The position numbers and the translations under genes were made by a program. The notes under the pieces are model-generated. The model was given only the letters and a program-made list of their open reading frames with translations. It had not been told where the DNA came from and searched no databases. Of a stretch of DNA of 64,000 bases, positions 1-11,900 are shown one piece after another. Source of the stretch: Intoshia linei (taxonomy: Eukaryota > Animalia > Orthonectida); NCBI GenBank assembly GCA_001642005.1, contig LWCA01000034.1:1-64000 (forward strand), given 5' to 3'. Position 1 is the first letter of the stretch; each line of letters begins with the position of its first letter.

Positions 1-1194
1 TATACAGTTTATTTTTTTAAATTTGTTTCTAGCTCAATTTTTTTGGATTTTATGTATTATTATTAAAGTATATATTAATTTAGGGTACATCTTATGAAAC
101 CAATAGAAGGAACAGAATGAAGGTTAGAATGAAAGACATGAAAACTATTCGGAGTTTAGTTAACAAAATTGTCAAATTTGTTATATATTTTGATAGCAAA
201 AAATTTGGAACCGACGAAAAAATTGCAGTGGTGGCAATTGACACCGAAACAGCCAAAGAAATTGTTTTAGGTGTACCGAAACAATTAGGTGCAAAAGGAT
301 GTACCACAGCTGCATCAGTGTGCAGAATTTTACAAGAATGGAATGTAAGTCATAGAGTTGTACGTTTATGCTTTACACAACTGCATCTAATACATAATTC
401 AAAAGTGGAAGCGTAAAGTTAATCAAAGATTCACTAAATCATCCAATCGTGGAATTGCCTTGTCGTNATGAAACCAATAGAAGGAACAGAATGTTGGTTA
501 GAATGAAAGACATAAAAAATATTTGGAGTTTAGTTAACAAAATTGTCAAATTTGTTATATATTTTATAGCAAAAAATTCGGAACCGACGAAAGAATTGCA
601 GTGGTGGCAATTGACACCGAAACAGCCAAAGAAATTGTTTTAGGTGTACCGAAACAATTAGGTGCAAAAGGATGTACCACAGCTGCATCAGTGTGCAGAA
701 TTTTACAAGAATGGAATGTAAGTCATAAACTTGTAGGTTTATGCTTTGACACAACTGCATCTAATATACGATTTAAAAGTGGAAGCGTAAAGTTAATCAA
801 AGATTCACTAAATCTGAATGATTGTGAATGTCTTGTATTTCATTGAATTTATTATATTATAAATAACCAGAATTCGAGAAATTAAATCGTTAATAAAATC
901 CAAAAAAATTGAGCTAGAAACAAATTTAAAAAAATAAACTGTATAACTAAACATGGAGAACAGTATTATAAGGCGATACCACGTTTAAAAGCTCAAACGC
1001 CGATTTCCGTTAAAATAAAGTTCAGTTTTAATTTATTCATCATATTTATACAGAGATATTTAAAATGACAAACGCAACTCTAATAGATAGCGTTAAATAT
1101 TTTTGATTACGAATTAGTTTTTATATTTTAAAAATACACACTTTTAGTACTAATTGCCCTTGATTCTTTGATGGGTACAAGGGTGACACCCTAA
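1..1194 (+). mobile_element. Deleted DNA transposon with long terminal inverted repeats and a duplicated, frameshifted DDE-transposase fragment (possibly hATm-like); left end lies upstream of the window
   Basis: Bases 1-53 are the exact reverse complement of 893-945. Internal peptides EIVLGVPKQ..GCTTA..V...LQEWNV...LVGLCFDTTASN...SG...LI...L....VELPCR resemble the FDTTASN..CxxH type of transposase. The right end ...GACACCCTAA recurs at ~23778, ~32697 and ~63004. The superfamily assignment is from memory. Confidence 0.7.
94..812 (+). pseudogene. Two tandem diverged copies (~94-466 and ~468-812) of a transposase fragment, joined at an N
   Basis: ATGAAACCAATAGAAGGAACAG starts at both 94 and 468. 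Copy 1 lacks the G of the FDT codon run (tgctttacac versus tgctttgacac). Copy 2 has a different, earlier 1-nt deletion. Confidence 0.75.
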
Positions 1195-1345
1195 TAAACA
1201 CACATAAACAATGTTTAAAAAAACATACATGTAAATTACGCTACGTACATAAGGATTGTATATCATAATTTGTAATGTCATATCAATACACTACTATTAT
1301 AATAGTAGTGTATCAAATGTGTGTTTGTAAAATTAATATTTGAAC

Positions 1346-1825
1346 TTAGTTTACCCAGGTCAAACAGCAAAACAGCAAAACTAAAACAGTCTGCTGTATG
1401 CGGAACTTTAACCCATTTTAAAACCACTGAAATAATAATTTGTTCAAATATATGAATTATATAATTTTTCATGAAAAAAATATATTTATACATTTTTTTA
1501 TTTAATAACCTCATCATTTTGTTTAATGGAGAAGTTCATGTCTGTGCAGAATATTAGGAAATCTCCGATCTTTGTACCTTAATATGAAAAATAATATATA
1601 TAATATTATTAATATACATTTCAATGTAGATAAATCGATAGTTTCTTGAGGTACTTCAATAATATTACTTACACCTGCTGCATCATTGTCTGGATTACTA
1701 CTATCGGTAGTAACAGTATTCGTATCAGTTGTGGCATTAACAATGTCTGTCTCGGCTCCAGGACACCAACATTGATTAAATAGAAGTGTAGTTAGTAAAA
1801 TGATGAAATATGCTTTGAAAGTCAT
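1346..1825 (-). CDS. Small predicted secreted or surface protein: signal peptide, Thr/Asp/Asn-rich stalk, Cys-containing segment; 3' exon uncertain
   Basis: MTFKAYFIILLTTLLFNQCWC is a signal-like N-terminus, followed by TDIVNATTDTNTVTTDSSNPDND. A 40-nt GT-AG intron (1617-1578) joins in frame to CTKIGDFLIFCTDMNFSIKQNDE (1577-1510). The last exon is either WF* (acceptor at 1427) or the hydrophobic FRIQQTVLVLLFCCLTWVN* (acceptor at 1406). Confidence 0.55.
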
Positions 1826-2908
1826 TTTAAATGTTTTAGAAATATTAATTGTGTAAATATTTACCCTTATTGTTGCTTGTTAACGAACGTGTCACGATTT
1901 CAGCGCTGATAAATTTAATATATATCTTTTAAGTATTTACTTATAAACAATATTTACTTAATGTTATTGTCAGCAATAGAAATTTAATTCATACAATTTA
2001 ATGTTTAACTTTTACAAGACAATTGCATGTATAGATGCCAAAAACTATACTCATAAATTTACATTGGTTTGTATACAAACCTTAATAAGGCGGTACCAAT
2101 ATAAATTTTGAACAAATTACTGCTCATACAATAACACAGTGCTTTCCAATCGGTGTGTCATATTTATATATTATTTAATTATTTATTTATTTTGGTGAAG
2201 TTATATTTGCGAACATTTCCGGAAAAAACTGTAATTGAAATGTGGATTTTATATTATTCTAAGACGGGTACTTATTTAAATAAAGCTGGACACACAGCCA
2301 CACACACTAACAAAAATCGCGCAGCATATTATATAAGTTAGGATTGTTTTAGGATACTAGTGGTAAAAATTTTCTTCAACGTTACCCAACTGCAATAAAA
2401 AATTTATCCTAACTGTAAGAATAATTTTAAAGTACATTTAGTAGATAAACTTACTATTAGCAGTACAAAATAACCATGAACATTGACGTTTCATAAGCCT
2501 CTAGTCCTCTGCACCTTGATAAAAAGAACTGACTATAAATGTTTCAAACCATAAATAATTTAATGTACATTTTTGACGTCAATTATTAGTAGAAAATGTT
2601 TTTTATTACATTTGTCACAACATATTGCTAAAATATTGAATATATTCAAATTATTAATATATTAGTGATAATTATTGGAACATTTGTCAATTATAGGAAT
2701 ATATTTTTGCAATATACATTTTTTTGTTGGTCATATTGTGAATCTAATAATTCAATATTGTCGATTTTATAAAATGTTTGACAAATTAGTTATTTTTCAT
2801 TTATTAGATGTCATTATTATTATTATTATAATACATTACATTTTTTTAAAAAGAAGTTGATGATTTTTTGCAATATTATAATTTTAATATTTCTTTTTTT
2901 TATTCAAG

Positions 2909-5900
2909 ATGCTTGTCGAGGTTAGAATTTTACTCTTTATATACATAATTTTGCGTATTTTTTTATTAATTGTTAATATAATGCTACAATATTAACTTTT
3001 AGTCAATTCCGCATCTACTCAATGTCAAGACATCAAAGATGAGAAAAAGTGTATAGATTCTTGTGAATGGAAGGATAAAAAATGCAAGGGTTAATATATT
3101 TATATTTGATATGAAAATTAGAACCTATTAGTATTCTGGTGTACCCTAGTTAAAAAAAGTATGAATTACATTCGTATTTTCTTGTTATTGAGATTAGGAA
3201 ATTGAAATTTTTCAGTACATATTTTACAAATACATTTTATCATTTGTTATTATTCTAGTGTTAGAGTTTAAAAATTAAAAAATTAACAAACTTGGAAGTT
3301 AAAAAACTTAATTTCTAATATAGTTTTTCGAGATTCATAGCTAGTTTAATTTGCAGAAATTGAGTCCATCTGGGTCAAAATTCCAGTTTATACTAGAATT
3401 TAAAAAAATGTAAATTCTGGCATAGTTTTTAAAATCAAGGCAGTATCGTATTTAAAGAAAACGGTTTAAAATCATTAACATTATCGCATCTCTCAACCTC
3501 AAACTTACATCTTCATGGTTAGAACCACGAATTACTATTTTTGATAAAAAGTATCAAGATTTTAAAAAACGTAAATTCTGGCATAGTTTTTAAAATCAAG
3601 CCAGTTTCGTAAATCGTAACCTCAATAAAGTGCAGTTTCAATCTCAAAACCACAATTACTCTTTTTCTAAAAAACGATTACAACCCTAGAATTATAAAAA
3701 AATTAAAGCTGATACAGTTATTTCCAGTTAACATGCACAAAAATTTTCAATCTCACAAAGTGACGACTGGATGATCAAAAAAGCACTTTAGTATCAGTTT
3801 GTATCAGTCGCGAGCCTCACACAAAAAATGTCTACTCAAATCATTATTAAACTAACAGTTTTAATTAATTAATAAAATAAAATAAGAAACAAAAATGGAA
3901 AAGTGCATAACTAATGCTAAAATTGTAATCATGAAAAATATGTAAAAAAATAGGGGTTAAAAATTTTGTTATAACGCGGGCCAAATTCCATTTTTTGGGT
4001 CGCATAATTGATACCCGGCGCAATAGCCAATTTATTATTTTTTTTATATAAATTTTTTTAATGCTGCTTAGTAATTTTATTTTTAATATAATCCGCGATA
4101 AATTTTATAATTTATTACTGGTACCCTGAAAAAAATGTGGAAACCACTTGTTTAGTCTAAACTGTATTTAATATACCAATTTATGTATCTCTGTAATGTT
4201 ATGTATTTACGTAATTTTATGTCCGGCCTACCCATATCATTTGCCCACGGCATGTTTCTGTATACAATGATTTATTTAATTTTAATTGATTAAATTCTAT
4301 TTTAATATATTGATTGCAAAATTATTAAATTTTATTGTTTTGTTAAATGAGATTTTGATTGTATTTAAATGAATGTTTGAATGTACATTTTTAAATCACA
4401 TAAAAAAATTAAATACATTTGTAGATATATGTAAAAATTTGAAGAAAGATGAATGTTCAATGGTTTGTACATGGATTGAAGATCATTGCGGAGGTATTTT
4501 CTATGTAAAATATAATATAATAAAATGTAAATTAAAGTGTCTCATAAAAAATAAATAATCATACATTTACATGTATTTTTGAATTTCTATTGCCAGATTA
4601 GTTTATTTTAACATGTAAATACATGACGTATAAAAAAATTATATTTCCAATTTATGAATACATTTCAACGAATATTGAAGATAATATGAGGTTTGGGTTA
4701 CCGGATGACTTTATTGGTGGTTTTTTTGACTTTCATAGCTCGATTCAGATACGCTAGCTCAAATTTATAACACTGTACAACATTTTTCGAAAATTTTCCA
4801 AATATCAGAACAAAATTTATTTTATCGTCAATACCGCATTGTCAGGATTCAAACGATATATCTGATTGTGTATGATCTTGTCGTAATTATTAGATATTCT
4901 CTAATTAAAAAGTATATATAAGATAATTTATATAATATATAGAATGCAGTTATGTTCCATCTAAACTTAAATTCAATTTTTTACCCATAAAAAATAATGG
5001 AAAAATCGAAAGAAAAAAATTGACTGTATTTAATAGATCTATATATCATATTCTTGAAAAAAATGGCCTCATCGACACTATGTGAAAAGTTGGCCCTAGA
5101 CATGACCTGTTTTTTGAAAGTAAAATTGGTATTTTATGAAAATAGCAGAATGTTTATACATATCTTATATTTACTTGAAAAAGGAGTTACCATTGTATCA
5201 AACAGTTTATAATTTTTCATTGTATCGGTTTAAAAAAAAGTTTTTTTATGAAAATACATAAAATTTTTATAATACAAATGCGTAAATAAATTATTTATGA
5301 CAATGTGTTTTGTGTGAATCACACATAATCCTCTATCAATGATATCACTTTCTTTCCAGCAAATTTTTTTTCAAATGATTTCAGTGTTTGATGGAACCGT
5401 TCACCATGCTCATCGGAGTGTATTTTGCAATTAAATTGTTACATTTTTTCAATACAAAATTTTGTTTAATAATTATTTAACAAAAATAACAATCCTCTTT
5501 CATTACAGGTAAAGACTACAATCTAGGTCAGTGCTTCTCAAACGTTTTTGAGCATTCCTCCCTGTGACACATATTTTTGTTCTATTCACCCCAATAAAAC
5601 AATTATTATGACATGTCATAATTGTGTAGGAATACAGAATTTGCACTTATAAAATGTGCTGAATTAATTAAATTTGAGTACACATGACGTCTTTACGTGA
5701 TCACATCATTTTAAATTTTCATTGTTTGTCTAAGGAATCATAAATAATGCATGGTATTTTCAATATTTTCATAAGAGTAAACATGTTTAAATCTACGTTG
5801 TAGATACCACTATCATTCAGAAATAAAAAAATATAGTAATTGTGATTGGCATAATTTATTTATTGATAAGAATAGCAATTAGATGTCTAACTTTAAAAAA

Positions 5901-8900
5901 AAATTTGATTTTAAAATTTGGTTAAACTGAATGTATGAAAGGGTTAATTCAATTTTGTATACGAAAAATCTAAATTTGGTTTTTTCTTTTGGAATCAGAT
6001 ACAGAGATTTCCGATATAAATTTAAATTTATTTAAAACAGCAACACTATTACAGTTTTAAAAAAATTTCTACTAGGTTTTATTTTTAAATGATAGACCAA
6101 CTTGCAAAATGTATATTCTCAAAAATAGAGGGAAATGTGTCTTCTCGTTACAGAAATAATATCATATTAATTTTATTTTATTCAAAGGATTATTGTATAT
6201 TTTAAATAAATAAGTGTACTATTTTGAGTAACTAATATTTTTTAAATACATAATTAAAAATGGTGAATCTAATGAAACTATAAAAATTTCAATTATGAAA
6301 ATATCTTTAAAAAAAAGGGCAAAATTTGCCCTAATCATAGGTTTTTGAAAGAATTTCTGGGATATTTTTATATAGTACAATTTCCACGAGAAGACGCAAA
6401 TATAATCCCCTGACACAAAATTATTGATAATCCAGATTTTTTTTAAATTAAGTTTTAATAATTAACAAATAGATATAATTTGAAATCCACCATAAAGAAT
6501 AATCATAACGCATGTTATATATTTTTTTAACTTTAACACGAAATGGTTCACATTTGATAGAGTAAAATTTTTTGATTTTATTAGGCGTAAGTCACAAATT
6601 AGACAATAATGATCATTGATTTAAAAGTAAATCAACTTTATATATTAGTTTAGTTGTATGTAACTACAGAAACGGAGGTTATTAAACCTTTCACTGTCTG
6701 TGTATTCTATGATATACAGTGTATATCATAGTATATTATACACAGCATAATTTTGAAATACTTTATTCTTTTATATTATATATTTTCACACAAGTAATTT
6801 AAAAATAATAGAAGTTTAAATTAAAACATAAATTCCAGACGTGTGGTGATAGTACATAAAATTGGATCAGATAGTAAAAGGGTTAATATTAATATTTAAA
6901 TATTAATTAATCTTTTAACTACAAGATAAATTTTTAAAATTTTTTCAAGAATGTAAAAATTATAATTCATATTTGCATATTATCTTATTTTTAATCAGAA
7001 ATTTTTTTCAGTGTTGTTCAGTGTTATCATTGGTTAATAATTATTTGTATACCTCTTTGGAACAAGACCTCAGAAGTGACTAAAATTTAAAAGATTAAAA
7101 CATATAATTTTCTAAGCTAGTTCATTGTTTGCTACTGCGATACATTGAGCTTGACATAGTGAAACTTCCTGGATAATTGATTGATGTTATATTTATTGAC
7201 GGGATGATTGATTTAAAGTTAAAATTAGTATAAAGTTTTCCAGTGTTCGCCAAATTCTTTTACGAGTGCCACTAGTGCTTGCAATTTCTCGAAAAAAAAT
7301 GAACTCAAACTGTTAGTAATACAATAAAAAATTTTTAATTATTGAAAAACTAAAAGTACTAACAGTTCCCAAATGGTTAATATTTTTGAAATAATGAAAG
7401 ATTACAATCTGGTATTAATTGGTTGTTACCTTTAAGTCTTTAATAAAACATCAAAAGTAGGAGACAATTGCGATTTATTTAACATTTTGTATCATCAAAA
7501 CTCAATACATTGGAATAAGTTCAAGATAAGTCATTTTTGAGACTGTAAAGGTGTACATTCAAATATTTTTATATTTATTATATCCCTTCGTTAAGAATGA
7601 ATATAGGTCTACCAGGGTAAAAAAGTATTATATCTTTTTCTTGTCTTTATGTTTCTTTCATCTCTCTCCAGTGTTATCTTTAATACACCATTTCTAATGA
7701 TTTACCACGAGAAAGCCTTCTTAATTCACAATAATCCTGACTTATGATGATATAAAAAAATTATACCGTCATGGCCAAAATCCCAAATTCCCTTTATTTT
7801 TTTTTGAAAACAGCCCTAGAATTTCAAAAAATGTACAGGTGGTAGAGTTGTATCATGTTAACACACATAAAAAATTTCAATCCTAATAAGTGACGACTTC
7901 ACGGTCAAAAAAGCATTTTAGTATTCATATATTTTTTTCCGAAATATATTTTATTAAAACAAAAAATGTAAAATAATTAACGGTCCGAAAATTTAAAAAA
8001 AAAATTATTCTGATAGAGCTTATTCCAGTTGATATAAATACAAAAGTTTAACCTGAGAAATCTACGCATTCCCGATGAAAAATAATTTTTAATATATTAT
8101 GAACCAATTTTAACCCCAAGAAATTTACGCATTCCCGGTGAAAAATAATTTTTAATATATTATCAACCAATATTTGTCAAATATTTCGATTAAAACCAAA
8201 AAGTGAAAATGTAAATATTGATACAAGGCCAAAAGTATGGACAAATTTTTAACATCAATCATTTTTATATTACAATCCTTTGCAATAATGGTAAAATTCG
8301 ACTGAAATATTTACAAAGTGAAGATTCAATTAATTATTTATACAAAATTGGTATTTTTAAGTATTTAGTATTGATACTGAATATGTGTCATCACATTGAA
8401 AATGACAAAATAGGTTTTTATAATTATATTTTTTTTGGAATTTATGCTATTTATGACAATTTTTAAGATTGGACTGTTTTTACTTTATTTTAATATTATA
8501 CACACATTTTGTCTAACAAATTAAAAAAATGGGATAATAATTGTTTATAAATTCTTTACGCAAATGTTAACAAAACAAAAAAAAGGATTGATAATAGTTA
8601 GTAGAATTTTTAAGTTAGATTTTCAACGTGAATTTATTTTTTTGGTATAATTAAAGAGTGCCCTCGGCAGAGCTAGGTGCTGTTTGTACGTAGTACAAAA
8701 CTGCCAAGATAGTATAATATATTAATATAATAAGTATTAAATAATTTTTTAAAGAATCGGAGACTTTGACAATTTTATTATTTTATAAAGTTAACTACTT
8801 TGGTTATAACCTTTAATTTAAAATTTAATGTCAATGAATTCTTCGCTCATATGTTTAAAATCCAATGCTTGTCAATTTTTCATTTACAAATTGGCGAAAC

Positions 8901-11900
8901 GTTTTTGATCAAATCTCGTAGTCTAGATTGATGACCTCGCATGGCCTGATCGCCGTCGGAACAAATACCAATATATTTTTCCATCTAAATCGCTATTTTG
9001 TTCTCCGATATAAGTTTACAAAATATCATGTTGTTATTATTAACATCATTATTTATGAATCTCACATTAGCAATTGTCTAATTTAGTGTTTTGTACATTT
9101 ATGTCTAAATTAGCATTTTCTAATTTTTTTTAAAAATTTTTTTAAAATAATGTTCAAAATATCTAGCGCCACCCACTTTGGCGAACACTAAAATAATACT
9201 TTTTGTATTCTATAACTATATTATGTATTACAAATTAAATTATTTGGATTGAAATTGTGAATTTTAAATAGAATTTAAATAATAAATTTATGAAAATTAC
9301 TTTTAATTAGCAAAACGCGATACATGTTTTACTCCAGAAGTTTATAAGGAATGTAAAAAAGCTAATAAAAATGATTGTGATGAGAATAATTGTCAATGGT
9401 ACGAGCATCAATGTGAAAGTATATATTAATCTATATATATATATATATATATAAATACATTAACATAATATTACTTTAGATTATTAATTATACAATTGTC
9501 CATTAACACGTGTTATTGAACAACATATTTTGCCTATGTAAGAGTAGTTAGCATGTAAATATGAAACGAAAAGTTGTATTTCGAATAAGACGTTATAATT
9601 AAAAATAATATAAATAAATAATAATCTGAATACCTCGCTAAAAAAATGGATGAATATAACGCAATTTTTAAATGCAGGTAAAATGTACAGCTTTTAAGTT
9701 TTTTTGATAATATTTTACTTGGCTTAAAGTTAATGGCTTTGTAAACCCGCCTAATTTTTACTTTTATCAAAAACTTCACAACTCGATACATAAGTCAAAC
9801 TGTTGTCAAATGAGATAAATACAATATCACGTACATGAATTTGTTTTAATTTCAGTTTGTCAATCTATATTTTAGTTAAAATGTTCGTGATAGCTAATTT
9901 TTTGACTTTACTAGGTTAATTTGGGTCGATTTGTTCCCATATTGTCAATAATATTTTTATATTTTCTTGTTCCGTATTTAAAGGGCTTTGGAATGATATA
10001 AATTATAATATTCTATACAAAAGTTGTTTTCTAGTCTTATACAGAGCTGTTGAGAGCCAGTAGTAGACCCGGGCCAAATGGAAATGTAGGCCCTATAAAA
10101 AATTTTTAAAAAATGGAACCTCTATACATTGTTTAATCAATTGTTCATTATCTTAAAATTAAAAATAACCGTTAGAAATTCCATTGGGTATTTGAAATTT
10201 TGGTATAATTAAGAAATTCCCAACATTACCTATTAATAAATTAAAAAAGTAGGCCCTCCTGATTGTAGACCCGGACATATGGCTCCAAGTCCCATTTCCA
10301 GGGTCCGGTTCTTATAAAAAATTGAATTTGATGTTACATTATATCTCGTAAAATGTATGTAGCGGAATTATTATAATAATGCTTATAATTATTAACTAAA
10401 ATAATATTTATATCAAGATTTGAAATAAATTGCGGAGAGAAAAATTGCTTAATTTATTAGCAAAGGATAGAGATGACCTTAAAGTTTAGACATAAAAAAT
10501 TTGATTTTGATTTCTTCATAAAATATTGATTAATAAAATTGTAATTTTTGACTATGAAGGTGCAAATTTCTGATACTGAAATGTATCATACAACAGTCGA
10601 AGGAAAAAAATTGCATTATAATGTTTTTTCAAGATTCTAAGATTCTTAATTTTTTATATAATCGGTAACACGTGGGACATGAATTGGTAAATAGCCAATG
10701 TAATTAATGTGTGTTGTTATTATTTGATATGTATTTTTTTAAGTGTTTTGCCATGGACATTAAGTTTATTTGGATTCGATGTGTCTAAATCAGGGTGGTC
10801 CAAACACATGGCGATTGAAGGCCAAAAAGTCAAAATTTCACAAATTAATCAGAAAATTATTACCGTATCATAATATAAATATTGTGCCAATTAAAAATAT
10901 AATTAGAATTTTATAAAGTTATCATAATATAAAAGGTCCCAAAAGTTATTATCGTAAAGTACAAAATTACTTAATTATTAATAGTTACATTATACATGTA
11001 GTAGTAATAAATGTACTTTAAATGGGAGTTTTTAGGAAATTTTTTTTGAACCTAACTTTCAAAAGGGGTTTTTAATATTTTTTTTGGAATTTATTGTTTT
11101 TGGCATATATACATGCAATTGTCTCGTAAGGGTTAAATATGCCACTACAATCGAAATATTTATTGATAAGTCTAAACTGGTAATGTCCCTTGTGTTTAGA
11201 ACATTGTCTATGTAATTTTGACCATTACGCGTGAATTATACTGTATTAAAACAATTTAGATAAGATTAGCCCCATTATTTGTAATGTTTGTGATAATCAA
11301 GACGAATGTGATGTGAGGAAGGGGTGTTTTTGGAGAAATACGAATCAATGCGGTATCATTTTATTCATTAGAATATTAGTTATTAAAAAGTATCATTTAC
11401 ATAAATATAAAGATAAATTAACATAACTAAAAAAGTTAATAAACTATTATGATCTTATATTAGTGAAATTGATAGTGATCGATTAGTAAATTTAGATATT
11501 TTATAAAAAATTTTTTGAAATCATTTCAATTTTAGTAATACATTTAATTAGTACCTTTAGATAGCAGCGATTTTAATTAATAATTACTATTATAATTATG
11601 TTGTGGTTTTAGGTCACTTTGAGTATGTTTTTAACAACTTCCATTTTATACATTCCATATTAATACAGAATTTTATATAAAAAATATGGGACGTTGAGAG
11701 TATACAGAAAACGGTCCAAGGCTAATCGTACTCATAAGTTGACTTAAAATAAATATTAAGTTAAAAGAAACCATTTAGATCAGGGGTGCACAACCTGCGG
11801 CCGTGGGCAATCCATGTCATCATAATCCAATATATCATTTTACTTCAAATTCAAGGGAAATGTTTTTATCAAAATGTTAAATTTTTGACCACTTTCTCAA

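Noticed and set aside
1400-1430. In-frame TAA suggesting stop-codon reassignment or readthrough
   Set aside because: The conserved genes reconstruct without internal stops and end in TAA, so the standard code applies. An alternative splice acceptor explains this case more simply.
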